From IMG/VR virus record IMGVR_UViG_3300037458_001730, positions 1 through 64,000 of that record: DNA of 64,000 bases; one strand, 5' to 3'. This document shows positions 28,832 through 38,995 of this stretch, piece by piece. The position numbers and the translations under genes are program-made. The stretch's first letter is position 1. Every line of letters starts with the position of its first letter. The notes beneath the pieces are model-generated. The model did not search any database. It was not told where the DNA came from and saw only the letters and a list, made by a program, of their open reading frames with translations. Source of the stretch: a virus.

Positions 28832-30247
28832 ATGATATTAAGAATATATCCAACCAAAAACAACACTATAGCTTCAGGTATTTATGCTGGGTATAATAGC
28901 GGACAAAATAGTGTCACAGATCTTTGGTATGGAGGTGGTGGAACAGACACTGCTCTAGCCAGAAGAAACTCTTATAGCAGATATATAGCCACATTTAACT
29001 TAGAAGATTTAAGATCAAAATTAAGCTCTAAGGAAATAAATTCTGGAACTGTTGTTTCTTATAAGTTTAAAATGAAAAACGCTATTCCAAAAGATAAAAT
29101 ATTGGAGCCAGAATATGAATTTGACGTTTTGGATAAAGCTATATCTAGCTCTTTTGATCTAATATGTTTCCCAATAAATAAGGATTTCGATGAGGGTCGT
29201 GGTTATGACATGTTTCAGGAAAATTATCTTGTAAAACAAAAAGGTAGTCCATTGTTAAGTGGTTATTCTAACTGGAATTTTGCAACATCTACACAGACCT
29301 GGGACGACCCTGGCGTTTATGAAGATCCAACTGCTGTGACATATTCTTACGCAACGCAACATTTCGATATAGGCAATGAAGATATAGAAATGGATATTAC
29401 CACAATGGTAAATCAATGGTTAGCTAGTGGTGATACTGAAGGTAGGCTTGGAATTGCATATAGAAGAGATTATGAGCTTTTAAGCACTGACACCAGGTAT
29501 ATTGCATCTTTCTTTACAAGACACACAAATACTGCTTTTAAACCATATATAGAGGTCGTTAGTAACCAATCTTTTAAAGATGACAGAAATGATGTTACAA
29601 ACAATAGAATTTGCAGGCTGTTTTTATATACTTTTAGTGGAAATTCAGCTGTAAACTACTATTCCGCATCAACTGTTTCTATAAAAACAATTAATGGATC
29701 AGATGTTCAAACTGGGCTTGTTCCTGTACACTTAGAAAAAGGTGTTTATTATGTAGATGTTTTTATGAATTCTGCAGTTAAAGGAACACAATACAAAGAT
29801 GTTTGGTGTGGAGTTACATTTAATCCAGGATATGACAAACAAGACTTTACTCAAATATTTACAATACAAGACAATTATTATTTCAATAATGCCCCACAGG
29901 TAAACGAATATAATTTAAGTGTTTACGGAATAGAAAATGGTTCTATTTTGTCAACAAATGAAGTTTTAAGGGTGTATTGTGATTTAAGAGTTAATTACAC
30001 TACAAATTACCCAAAAACAAAATACGATATTCAATACAGAATGGTTATGAATAACCAAGAGGAAGTTATACCTTGGACCAGCATGAATCAGGCTATTATA
30101 AACAAAATTAATTCCACTTATTTTGTTTTAGATACAAGTTGGTTGTTGCATAATCAATCTTATCAAATACAATTTAAAATAAGCGAACTTGGAACGTTTA
30201 GAACACTTCCAGAATCTATTAATTTTAGAATAATGAGACCCTTTTAA
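28832..30247 (+). CDS. Virion structural protein (DNRLRE-like N-terminal domain plus Ig-like domains)
   Basis: RIYPTKNNTI, SRYIATFNL, FDEGRG, DIEMDITTMVNQW, FFTRHTNTAFKPYIE; ATG 28832 follows TATTTAT (track start 28796). Confidence 0.65.
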   Translation: MILRIYPTKNNTIASGIYAGYNSGQNSVTDLWYGGGGTDTALARRNSYSRYIATFNLEDLRSKLSSKEINSGTVVSYKFKMKNAIPKDKILEPEYEFDVLDKAISSSFDLICFPINKDFDEGRGYDMFQENYLVKQKGSPLLSGYSNWNFATSTQTWDDPGVYEDPTAVTYSYATQHFDIGNEDIEMDITTMVNQWLASGDTEGRLGIAYRRDYELLSTDTRYIASFFTRHTNTAFKPYIEVVSNQSFKDDRNDVTNNRICRLFLYTFSGNSAVNYYSASTVSIKTINGSDVQTGLVPVHLEKGVYYVDVFMNSAVKGTQYKDVWCGVTFNPGYDKQDFTQIFTIQDNYYFNNAPQVNEYNLSVYGIENGSILSTNEVLRVYCDLRVNYTTNYPKTKYDIQYRMVMNNQEEVIPWTSMNQAIINKINSTYFVLDTSWLLHNQSYQIQFKISELGTFRTLPESINFRIMRPF

Positions 30248-31200
30248 TTAATTCTAACGTGATTTGAAATTAATTTTTGTAAGTCTCCAGCAACAGAATA
30301 CAATTGCAATGTTGCAAGATCTGGTGTTGGCACAGGGGGGCTTTGAGGTGTATGAATGTGCGTTGTTAAGAATCGTATAATTACTTCTAAAAGCTTTATT
30401 AATTCATCTCCAAAAACTGCTGGGTGTAAAGAATTTGCAATATCTCCAAAAGATTTAAGGTTTTGGTTAATTTCAAATCTTTTTAATTCATTACCCCTAA
30501 ATTTACCAAGTGGGGAATATAAATTTATGTTTGTTGAAACTATATTTGCTTGAGAAAACAACTTTAGAGATCCACTTGAATTATTTATTTGTTTTAATTT
30601 AATATAAGATGGGGTTTCTGTGTTTTGATCAAATGTGTTTGGTTTAAATTTGCCAGCCACTAAATAAGCCTCCTTTGGTCTTAAAATTAAATCAGCATCA
30701 TCTCTGCCCTGTATTGCAACATCAGCTTGCTCAGGAAACAAGGTAGCTGTTTTTGGTTTGTTGTTGATGTTTTGATTTACAGAAAAATCTGTATAATCCA
30801 TTATTTTTACAGCCTCTTTATATTCTTGTATTTTTAATTTAAGTTTTGAGTTTATTATTGGGCCGCTCCAATATCTTGGAGCAGAGTTGTCTGAAGGGTT
30901 TTCTAAAAAAAGAATAACCATTTCTCCAACAAGTGGTCTTATATGAATATGTTCTGGAATAAGAGGTATGCATATTGGAAGTTTACTATCTGGTACATCT
31001 CTATCTCTTCCACCCAAAATATTTCCATCTTGGTCTAAATTTATTATCCTAGCTATAATTCTATTTTGTTCTAATGGATCGTTTACATTAACAACAATAG
31101 CTGGATACATATTTCTAGAGCTTTGATCTCCGATGGAAAACAAATCCTGTCCACTTGAATTTAAAAAACTTCTTGATAAATCGTCTAAACCTCCAGCCAT
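30244..31200 (-). CDS. Baseplate hub/central spike protein (gp5/gpV-like OB fold)
   Basis: VVNVNDPLEQNRIIARI...P.VGEMV...RYW; C-terminal AVFGDELIKLL...THIH (metal-binding HxH spike tip); no lysozyme domain evident. Confidence 0.8.
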   Translation of the reverse strand: MAGGLDDLSRSFLNSSGQDLFSIGDQSSRNMYPAIVVNVNDPLEQNRIIARIINLDQDGNILGGRDRDVPDSKLPICIPLIPEHIHIRPLVGEMVILFLENPSDNSAPRYWSGPIINSKLKLKIQEYKEAVKIMDYTDFSVNQNINNKPKTATLFPEQADVAIQGRDDADLILRPKEAYLVAGKFKPNTFDQNTETPSYIKLKQINNSSGSLKLFSQANIVSTNINLYSPLGKFRGNELKRFEINQNLKSFGDIANSLHPAVFGDELIKLLEVIIRFLTTHIHTPQSPPVPTPDLATLQLYSVAGDLQKLISNHVRIN

Positions 31201-31201
31201 T

Positions 31202-31417
31202 TTATTTTCTTATTTCTGTTAATATTTTTTCGTGTTCTTCTTCTAGCGCAGACATTTCTTTTAATATTTCATTTACTGCAGCAATGCAACCAATGTATTT
31301 TTGAGCTGTCTTATCACCACCATCTAAATCTTCAAATATTTTATATATAACCTTTTTCTTCTCTTCGTGAAGGTTGGCTATTCTTTTTGCTTCTTCTTGT
31401 AATTGTTGTTTTGTCAT
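31202..31417 (-). CDS. Small coiled-coil hypothetical protein
   Basis: 71-aa ORF tightly packed in the operon. Confidence 0.6.
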   Translation of the reverse strand: MTKQQLQEEAKRIANLHEEKKKVIYKIFEDLDGGDKTAQKYIGCIAAVNEILKEMSALEEEHEKILTEIRK

Positions 31418-31419
31418 AA

Positions 31420-31836
31420 CTATCTTGCTATTCCTATTCCAGTGTGAGGAGCTATTGTCGCGCCGATAGTAACCACTGGTCCACCAGCGTTACCACCAGA
31501 GGCACTCACTGTAGCACCTGGATCTGTAACTACATCCACTCTCATATCGCTCTGTATTGCCTCTACTATTTCTTCGCATAACACACTTGTGTATTTTTCC
31601 ATAACATTTGGTGTTCCACCTATAAGTGGACCAGTAGGTATTCCTATTTCAGGAAACCTAGCTACAACAGAAGATGTTAATATCTCCGCATTTAAACCTG
31701 GGCGTGTTTTTGCTAATAAAATTTGTTTAATAGATAGCTTTGGTAATTGTATTCTATCTTCATTTAACAAAAACAACATAAATGTAGCTATTTCTTCCGA
31801 AATGCTTAATTCTTCATCTATTGATATTGCTGCCAT
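31420..31836 (-). CDS. Putative spike/baseplate-associated protein
   Basis: RPGL, GIPTG, GGNAGGPVV Gly-rich C-terminus; near the gp5-like gene. Confidence 0.55.
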   Translation of the reverse strand: MAAISIDEELSISEEIATFMLFLLNEDRIQLPKLSIKQILLAKTRPGLNAEILTSSVVARFPEIGIPTGPLIGGTPNVMEKYTSVLCEEIVEAIQSDMRVDVVTDPGATVSASGGNAGGPVVTIGATIAPHTGIGIAR

Positions 31837-31840
31837 ATTA

Positions 31841-33103
31841 TTAAGATATTTCTCCTAAAACTGAGTTTAAGGTTGAAAGTGCTGTTCTATATTTTTCTAC
31901 TTTGCTTGCTGTATCTGATATTTGACCAAATACTTTAAATTTTAATTTTGCTTTGTCTAATTTTCTTTTTTGTTTTTCGAGAGCAGTTCTTGCAAAGTAG
32001 TTTACAACTAATTTTTTAAATTTTTTTATAGCTAATAACAACAAAAGTTTCAACAAATCTTTTAGCAAAGAGTTAAACAAGCTTCTGGCAAATTCTTTTT
32101 TTGTCGTGTTTGTTGGGTCGTTTGCTATGTCACAATTGCTAAAAATTACTGATTCCATTGGGACTTTTTGACCTTCTGCTTGTAGGTTGTTTATTGTATT
32201 AAACACACTAGGCAAATAAGGCTGCACTAAGACGGACATAAAACTAAGAAGTTTTTCTATTAAAATTTGAGAAAATCTTTTTCCGCCCTTATTCGCATTT
32301 TCTTCGTTGTTTATATTTTGAACTTGATTTCCAACATATTGATTTAATTGTATTAAAGATGCTGCTGGCGATTGCACCGAGCTTGGTTGTGTATATTGAC
32401 CACCTCCAGTAAATAAAAATCCTGGATCTTCTGGTAATTTAATTTTTACATCTTGACACGAGATTTCATAAATAACTTCGCCAGCCTCCAATTCTTTTTT
32501 TAGCTTTATTCTATTGAATTCGATATCTTGATTTCTTGTTACTGGCGGATTAGACAAACTAAATAAACCTTCGCTACAAACTGCATTATTTATAAAAAAA
32601 TCAACCTGTTGTTGGTTTGTGTTTAAACTTAAGCTGTTTGTTTTTCTTGGACCAAATATCATAACCACAAGATCTTTGGCTATCTTTTGCTTATAAACTT
32701 GTAAAAAGCTGGTTGGAACTACACCTTTTAGATATTCTCTGTTTGATTTCTTATAAGCTTTTTTTGTTGATTCTGATGCGTTTGGAGAGTCTATCCACGG
32801 CGACAACCTTACACCCTTTTGACCTATAGAGTCAGCTATTGCATCTATCACTTTTTCTTCAAGAAATGTGTCAGTCACATCGAAAACTTTTGTCAAAAAA
32901 GCGTTAAAAACTATTTCTGGTGTTAAACCCATTACGCTTAATATTTTTAAAAGATAATCGAAAGTTGAAATTTGATTTGCTTTTGGGATGTTAACTTTTC
33001 TTATGCTTGGTATAGACAAAAGACTCTTCATTGAACCTATTTTTGCAGTAAGTTCAGCTTGAGTATCAGTTAAAGGAGCGTTTATTGGTAAGTCCAGTGC
33101 CAT
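31841..33103 (-). CDS. Putative virion protein (helical)
   Basis: 420-aa ORF in the structural operon. Confidence 0.55.
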   Translation of the reverse strand: MALDLPINAPLTDTQAELTAKIGSMKSLLSIPSIRKVNIPKANQISTFDYLLKILSVMGLTPEIVFNAFLTKVFDVTDTFLEEKVIDAIADSIGQKGVRLSPWIDSPNASESTKKAYKKSNREYLKGVVPTSFLQVYKQKIAKDLVVMIFGPRKTNSLSLNTNQQQVDFFINNAVCSEGLFSLSNPPVTRNQDIEFNRIKLKKELEAGEVIYEISCQDVKIKLPEDPGFLFTGGGQYTQPSSVQSPAASLIQLNQYVGNQVQNINNEENANKGGKRFSQILIEKLLSFMSVLVQPYLPSVFNTINNLQAEGQKVPMESVIFSNCDIANDPTNTTKKEFARSLFNSLLKDLLKLLLLLAIKKFKKLVVNYFARTALEKQKRKLDKAKLKFKVFGQISDTASKVEKYRTALSTLNSVLGEIS

Positions 33104-33113
33104 TTAAAATGTA

Positions 33114-33515
33114 TTAGTCTTCGTTTTCTGATTCTATATCTGTGCTTGAACGGTTTGTGGTTGAATAGTTAATTCCTAGCTCTTTTTCTTGCTGTTTTAT
33201 TGCATCTATAATAGCTCTCATTTCTGCATCGTTTGATTCTGGGCTTTTATTGCTTGAATCTGAATTGTTTTCTTTGTAAATAATACTCTTTATTTCTTTA
33301 GAAAGAGCCATGATGTCATTTGTTATATCAGATGCTTGTCTTAAAAATGCGGCAGCGTTTTTTCCAAGAAGCATAAAGTGCTCATTATTAGTCATGCTTT
33401 CATCGGCTTTTCTATATCTATCTAGAGCTAAATCTCTTTCTTCTTCTTTGTTAGTTAAAATTTTGTTTAAAAGCATTAAATAACTGGTTTCATCTATCTT
33501 AATTTCTTTGGCCAT
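33114..33515 (-). CDS. Hypothetical helical protein, first gene of a putative late operon
   Basis: 133-aa ORF; TATTTATA upstream (33531-33538). Confidence 0.6.
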   Translation of the reverse strand: MAKEIKIDETSYLMLLNKILTNKEEERDLALDRYRKADESMTNNEHFMLLGKNAAAFLRQASDITNDIMALSKEIKSIIYKENNSDSSNKSPESNDAEMRAIIDAIKQQEKELGINYSTTNRSSTDIESENED

Positions 33516-33552
33516 ATTTTTGTGTTTTTATATAAATAATCAGATAAAAAAG

Positions 33553-33921
33553 TTATTTTAAAAGATACTCTTTTTTAGAAGTATCGTATATTTTGTACAA
33601 TTCCGAGAATAGCACATCAAATTCTGTAGAACATTTTTCAGATATCTTGTATAGGGCTTTTTTGGTTATTACAAGATCATGTGGAGATAGATTGTTTTCT
33701 ATTATTGTATCAAAACAATCTAGTATGTCTAAGGTAGATTTTAAAAATAAGTTTCTACCCTCAATATTACTTTCGAAAATATTTGATTCAAACTTTAAAC
33801 TAAGGGTAAAATGTTTGTAAAAACCTATGCAATTATCTTGGTTTATATCTTGAGAATAATCATTAAACCAATTTTCTAATATTTGTAAGAAAATTTCTTT
33901 TTTCTCAATTTTGGTCATCAT
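33553..33921 (-). CDS. Hypothetical protein
   Basis: 122-aa ORF overlapping the end of the sigma-like gene. Confidence 0.55.
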   Translation of the reverse strand: MMTKIEKKEIFLQILENWFNDYSQDINQDNCIGFYKHFTLSLKFESNIFESNIEGRNLFLKSTLDILDCFDTIIENNLSPHDLVITKKALYKISEKCSTEFDVLFSELYKIYDTSKKEYLLK

Positions 33922-34861
33922 CTTTTTTTATAAAATCTTGTTTAAGTATTCTATAAAAAACTCTAAATCTACTTAAAGAATAAGTGATATCTTTTGTTTG
34001 TAAGCCAGTGTTTTCTTTTATTAGTTGATATATGTGATTTTTATTGTATGCGCCCAACACCTCGTGGCTTTTAAATATTTCAATAATCGCATCACCAACT
34101 TTCATGTCATTTTCAGATAAATGACCTTTATCTAGTTCTTCTTCTATGGATTTTATTACGTGTTTAAACAATGAATACGAAGTTTCGAGCTCTGATTTTT
34201 GATCTAATTCAAAAGTGTCTACGCTGTCAGCCTCATCCCTGTGGTTGTCGTAATCAAGATTTATCTGTAGAGATTTATCAAAATCTTTTTTCTCTCCTTG
34301 CAAATAATGTTTTGCGACGGTTCCAAAATATGAAAAAGATTTTGTGTTTTTACCTGGGTTAAAGTTTGCAAATTTGCTATACACAAAAGATAAACAATCA
34401 TTGTGCAACGTTTTTATATCCAAACCAGGTCTAAACAATTTAAAGTTAAATATGATATTTTCGACTAATTTATTTAGGGGTTTTTGTATTCTTTCCCTAT
34501 AAACTCTGTCTTTAGCATCTATAACACTTTGACTTGATGCTTCTAAAGATGCACTTCTAAGTCTTTGAACATATGATTCGTTAATTTGTTTTTTGTTTTT
34601 AAGACACTCTTCTAGATATTTTTCAATTTGAATGTTGTAATAATGAAAATCGTGGGTTAAATATTCAATAACTGCGTTTTCTGTGTCTTCTGTCCAGTAG
34701 GTCTTTTTTTTCTTTTCTAGTTCTTGGATTAACGAATCAACTTCAACTGGTGTCGATTTATCTTTTTTTTCGACACCAGTTGGGTTTTCTATTTTTGTGT
34801 TATTTTTTTTTAACTTATTATTGTTAGCCTTCTTTTGTGTTTTATTTGAAGGTTTTTTCAT
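33905..34861 (-). CDS. Late-transcription sigma factor (T4 gp55-like)
   Basis: YWTEDTENAVIEY, KLVENII, FNPGKNTKSFSYFGTVAKHY, matching the gp55 region-2 pattern F.P.K...F.YFT. Confidence 0.75.
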   Translation of the reverse strand: MKKPSNKTQKKANNNKLKKNNTKIENPTGVEKKDKSTPVEVDSLIQELEKKKKTYWTEDTENAVIEYLTHDFHYYNIQIEKYLEECLKNKKQINESYVQRLRSASLEASSQSVIDAKDRVYRERIQKPLNKLVENIIFNFKLFRPGLDIKTLHNDCLSFVYSKFANFNPGKNTKSFSYFGTVAKHYLQGEKKDFDKSLQINLDYDNHRDEADSVDTFELDQKSELETSYSLFKHVIKSIEEELDKGHLSENDMKVGDAIIEIFKSHEVLGAYNKNHIYQLIKENTGLQTKDITYSLSRFRVFYRILKQDFIKKDDDQN

Positions 34862-34893
34862 GTTTTCTTTGTATGTTTTTTTTATTTTTAGAT

Positions 34894-35832
34894 TTAAATA
34901 GTTGGAGAATATACTTTTTTCCTATCTGAATCAAAAAAATACTCTTTTTTCGCAAGTTCAACATAAAATCTTCCTTCATCTGGGTTTACACCACCTCTTT
35001 CTGGTGGATATGAAATAATATCGTGCGGCAATTTACATGTAGCGTCTTTAAATACTTCTTTTCTTGTAATTCTCATTTCGTAGCCAAGTCTTTGAATTGT
35101 GAAAACTTTTAGATCATTATAAACCATTCTCAAAAAGAATTCGTAATAATGACTTATTTTCATGCTTTCTTTCATTGGCAAATATTTTCCATTCTCGTCA
35201 GTCTCACAATAGTTAGATATGTCTTCAATTTTGTAAACTGCCCCAAGAGGATTTACACAATTATATTTCATGAGAAGGTTAATATCTGTTTTTCCAGCTT
35301 CTTCAGACTGACCTTCAGCCCAGCAAGCTTCGTTTATTAAACCAGTAAAAGATCCATTTACTGAATTTTTTACAATAGGTAAAAATATAGAAATTTCTGG
35401 TTTTTCTTTCATGAACACATCTGCCGTGTTAAACCACTTTAAAGAAAAACTGTCTTCTGCTTCTGCAAAAGAAATGCATTCATAGCCACTTTCTTTTGCT
35501 AAATTAAAGGTTGTGTTGAAAATTTTTGAGAAGTTCATATCAACCTCAGATTCGATAATCTTAAAATTTAATTTTTTAACAGCGTTTATTCTTTCTTCTA
35601 TAATCTCTTCTTTTTCATTTTTTTTAATCAATGTGTAATAAGGAGCTTCAGCCAAAACTTTTATTTTTTCATTTTGCTCATTGGTTAAACCTCTTGTGTA
35701 TATTACAACATCAACTGGTTTTGTTTGTTCACAAATGCTGTATAAACATTCTGCCAAAGATTTATCTGTTGGCATTTCGTATATGTAAATTGCTAGTAAG
35801 CAATTACTTTGTTTTGATTCCTTCAAGTTCAT
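34894..35832 (-). CDS. GT-A (GT2-like) glycosyltransferase
   Basis: ECLYSICEQTKP, degenerate acidic motif EAEDSFS, YEFFLRM. Confidence 0.6.
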   Translation of the reverse strand: MNLKESKQSNCLLAIYIYEMPTDKSLAECLYSICEQTKPVDVVIYTRGLTNEQNEKIKVLAEAPYYTLIKKNEKEEIIEERINAVKKLNFKIIESEVDMNFSKIFNTTFNLAKESGYECISFAEAEDSFSLKWFNTADVFMKEKPEISIFLPIVKNSVNGSFTGLINEACWAEGQSEEAGKTDINLLMKYNCVNPLGAVYKIEDISNYCETDENGKYLPMKESMKISHYYEFFLRMVYNDLKVFTIQRLGYEMRITRKEVFKDATCKLPHDIISYPPERGGVNPDEGRFYVELAKKEYFFDSDRKKVYSPTI

Positions 35833-37024
35833 TTATTCTTTCGTTTTTATATTGGTTAATAATATTTAAAAATTCATTTTTTTCATTTTCTTCAGCGTAT
35901 GGGGTTAAAGTTTTTTCATATGATTTTTGAACATCTTCGTGATCCAATTCTCCAGCCAACCATTTATCTATTGCCACACCTAATGTTTCAGCTGTTTGAA
36001 ATATGTCGCCATTATTTGTCCAAAAACCATTTTCATTGCTAATGTACTCTTTGCCTCCAAAAGCTGCCCATCCAACAACATGAGTTCCGCAAGCCATAGC
36101 CTCAAGTGGTAAAGTGCCGAAACCAGCAATATCATCTGTATATAAAAGAAATGCACAAGATGCCAATCTTTCTGCAAACTGCTCTCTATCCATGTTGGCA
36201 AGCTCAACAAATCTAATCCACTTAAGATGTGGATAAAATGCATAAAAATTTCTTATTATGCTATGAGTTTTCATTTTGTTTTCTGATCCTCTGCTACCAG
36301 TAAAACCAACAATAGGTAATTTATCAGACATTTTTGGTGGTACTTTAAATATCTTTCTGTTTATACCTTGTTTGAAATTTTTTATTTTCAAACCTGGCAT
36401 TACCGAATTTAGATATTCGGTTATAGCATCAGAAACACTAATTGCGTCGTATATTCCGAAATGTTGCCATTTTTCTGCTGGTCTCATTGCCAAAAGAACA
36501 TAGAACCAACTTTGTGCAAACACAATTCTTTTACAAGAAACTTGCATGGTTTTTTGCATAACATTTGGAAACCCTTCTGGAATAATCAAAAAATCTTCTG
36601 GGTTAACATTTAAAGGTTCACATTTAAATGGTTTATAATCTCCTTTTTCATTTTTTTCTCCGACAATAAAAATATCTTTATCGCCAAGAGGAATAAAATC
36701 AACACCCTCCATGCTAAAGTCTAACCATGTTGGATTAAACTTTTGATATACGTGAACTTCTTTCTTTTGTTTTACTGACTCTTCATAAGAAGCTTTTTCG
36801 TCAATCATTGGTTCGTATACAATTTTTGCATTAAACCCGTTGTCTTTTAAAAGTTTTGCGCTTTTTAATAACACTCCCACGCCACCACTTGGTGAATTCA
36901 TTGAGGGTGAATAATAGTAAATTTTAAAATCATTATTCTCTATTTTCTTTATTGCCGAGTCAATGATTTCATTGTGGCTAGCTGGAGCTTCAACTGCAGT
37001 TACTTCAGTGATTTCTTTTTCCAT
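35804..37024 (-). CDS. GT-B (GT4-like) glycosyltransferase
   Basis: PSGGV, DFLIIPE, GFGTLPLEAMACG. Confidence 0.85.
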   Translation of the reverse strand: MEKEITEVTAVEAPASHNEIIDSAIKKIENNDFKIYYYSPSMNSPSGGVGVLLKSAKLLKDNGFNAKIVYEPMIDEKASYEESVKQKKEVHVYQKFNPTWLDFSMEGVDFIPLGDKDIFIVGEKNEKGDYKPFKCEPLNVNPEDFLIIPEGFPNVMQKTMQVSCKRIVFAQSWFYVLLAMRPAEKWQHFGIYDAISVSDAITEYLNSVMPGLKIKNFKQGINRKIFKVPPKMSDKLPIVGFTGSRGSENKMKTHSIIRNFYAFYPHLKWIRFVELANMDREQFAERLASCAFLLYTDDIAGFGTLPLEAMACGTHVVGWAAFGGKEYISNENGFWTNNGDIFQTAETLGVAIDKWLAGELDHEDVQKSYEKTLTPYAEENEKNEFLNIINQYKNERINELEGIKTK

Positions 37025-37089
37025 TGTTTATGATGTGTTTAATTTTAATAAATATATGTAGCTAACATGGTAAAGTAAATAGTTTTTTT

Positions 37090-37125
37090 AAAAAAAAAGT
37101 CAAAGAAACACTTCTTTGACTTTTT
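37090..37125. terminator. Intrinsic terminator hairpin
   Basis: aaaaagtcaaagaa-acac-ttctttgacttttt with flanking A/T tracts. Confidence 0.7.
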
Positions 37126-37146
37126 CACTTTTATTTGACTTTTTAC

Positions 37147-38127
37147 TTATTTTTTATTTTTACTTTTTAGTTTCTTTTCAGCATTTTCCAATTCTTCTTT
37201 TGAAACATTTCCAGAGAGATCTAACAAACTGGCATCTTCTCCAATATTATCTAAGCCATTTGTAACACTAGACATTAAATTATCTGTTACTGCAGCATAA
37301 ACACCAGCGCTTATAAATACACCCCTTCTTTGTAAAGAGGCTCCAGCGGTTGCAAAAGCAAGTTTAGTGCCTTGTGAAGATGATGTATAATTTACTGTGT
37401 TAGACGTATTAACACCAAGGTTTTTAGCTGTTAAAACTGAATCCTGGTTAGCGCCTATAAAACTAAATGTCCACAAGCCAGTTTTTTCAAGATCTGTAAT
37501 TAGATTTTTAATTTTATTTGTGTCATACTCTTTTGAAACATTTTCCTCACCGTCTGTTAATATAACAACTAAAGCAGATGCTTCTCCAGACTCTAATTTA
37601 TGTTTTATTTTGTTTTTAAGACTGTTTACAGAAATACCAATAGCATCATGCAGAGCTGTCATACCGTTTGGTATATAACTTTCTGGTTTTAATTCATCAA
37701 CTTTAGAAGCTTCCACATTTTCAATAAGTGGGTTTATGTCATCATTAAATTTTGTGATGTTAATGTAGTATTTTTGATCTGGGTATTTATTTGCTAAATT
37801 TTTTATAGTTTGAATTTGTTCTTTTAAACCATCAAAAGTACTTTCTTTAACATGGTGCATGGATCCGCTTTCATCTAAAATGAGCAAATAATAAGTTTCT
37901 GTTGGATTTAAATTTTTTACTCCAGACACTAAAATATTGTTGTCTTTTCCTTGTTTTTTGTGCTTAATATTGTTTGTTTTTTTTATTTTGATTTTAGAAT
38001 TGTTCTTTTTTTTGTTAGCGGCGGCTTTGTTAATTTTTTTGTTTATTGTTTTAGGTGTTTTTTTAACAACCTTTTTAGTAGGTTTTTTTTGAGAGCTTTG
38101 CGCTTTTTTTGTTTTTGTGGTTTTCAT
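37147..38127 (-). CDS. von Willebrand factor A domain protein with Lys-rich N-terminal tail
   Basis: MIDAS DESGS, GMTALHDAI, LTDGEEN, FIGANQD; likely start ATG 38127 (MKTTKTKK); track start 38205. Confidence 0.85.
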   Translation of the reverse strand: MKTTKTKKAQSSQKKPTKKVVKKTPKTINKKINKAAANKKKNNSKIKIKKTNNIKHKKQGKDNNILVSGVKNLNPTETYYLLILDESGSMHHVKESTFDGLKEQIQTIKNLANKYPDQKYYINITKFNDDINPLIENVEASKVDELKPESYIPNGMTALHDAIGISVNSLKNKIKHKLESGEASALVVILTDGEENVSKEYDTNKIKNLITDLEKTGLWTFSFIGANQDSVLTAKNLGVNTSNTVNYTSSSQGTKLAFATAGASLQRRGVFISAGVYAAVTDNLMSSVTNGLDNIGEDASLLDLSGNVSKEELENAEKKLKSKNKK

Positions 38128-38170
38128 TTTAGTATATTTTTTTGATGTTTTTTGTTTGTATAAAACAAAA

Positions 38171-38935
38171 CTATTTTGCTTTATTTGGATAAAATATTTT
38201 ATCAAAAAGGGCTTCGTTGCAAGCTTCCTTAATAGATGAAAAAGAATAATCAGCTGTATCCCATTGATTAAAAAGATGAGAAATCTTAATGCTAGTTTTT
38301 CCTTTTGTTTTGCTTTGTAAAGCTAATGGTGACGCATCTATTAAAACATCACAATGTTCCCATTTTTCAGAGTCACTACCAACAAAAATAATTTTTTTAA
38401 TTCTACAATTTGTTTTGCTTAAAAAGAAATATGTGGCAGGAATAGCTTTTGATCTATGTGTGCAAAATAACACAACATCGAATTTACCATTAACAAAACC
38501 TATGTTTTGCAATTTGTTAACACAGTCCATAGCACCCTTATATTCATCGGCTTGACCAAAAACTTGAAAGGGGTAGTCTTCGTATAGAAACTTTTCTAGG
38601 TTTTGTTTTGGAGTATATTCTATAGGATCAAGATTAATGCCTTCTTTTCCCTCCATTTCTATAAACTTTGACATTTCTATTGATTGAGATGAAAACTTAT
38701 AGTGGTTTAAAATATCATAAGAATCCATGGGTAAATTAATCAAATCTTTTTCTCTTTCCTTGATCATATCATCTATTATTTTAGCCTCTTCTAGAGTTTG
38801 CTCTTTATATGTCATCGTTTTTTCGTCCATAGCTACAATGTTCGGGTTATGAATAAAAACTTTTCTGTATTGCATATCGAACTTGTCCATAGACATTCTT
38901 AAAACTTCATCAATTGCTATTCCTATTGTTTTCAT
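38171..38935 (-). CDS. HAD-superfamily 5'(3')-deoxyribonucleotidase-like protein (degenerate motif I)
   Basis: IGIAIDEVLR N-terminus, ATYFFLSK, CDVLIDASP, FN. Confidence 0.6.
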   Translation of the reverse strand: MKTIGIAIDEVLRMSMDKFDMQYRKVFIHNPNIVAMDEKTMTYKEQTLEEAKIIDDMIKEREKDLINLPMDSYDILNHYKFSSQSIEMSKFIEMEGKEGINLDPIEYTPKQNLEKFLYEDYPFQVFGQADEYKGAMDCVNKLQNIGFVNGKFDVVLFCTHRSKAIPATYFFLSKTNCRIKKIIFVGSDSEKWEHCDVLIDASPLALQSKTKGKTSIKISHLFNQWDTADYSFSSIKEACNEALFDKIFYPNKAK

Positions 38936-38995
38936 ATTTTTTATTTAAAATTGTTTGGTATCTTCTTCAATATGATTATTTATGTGTGCATAAAT

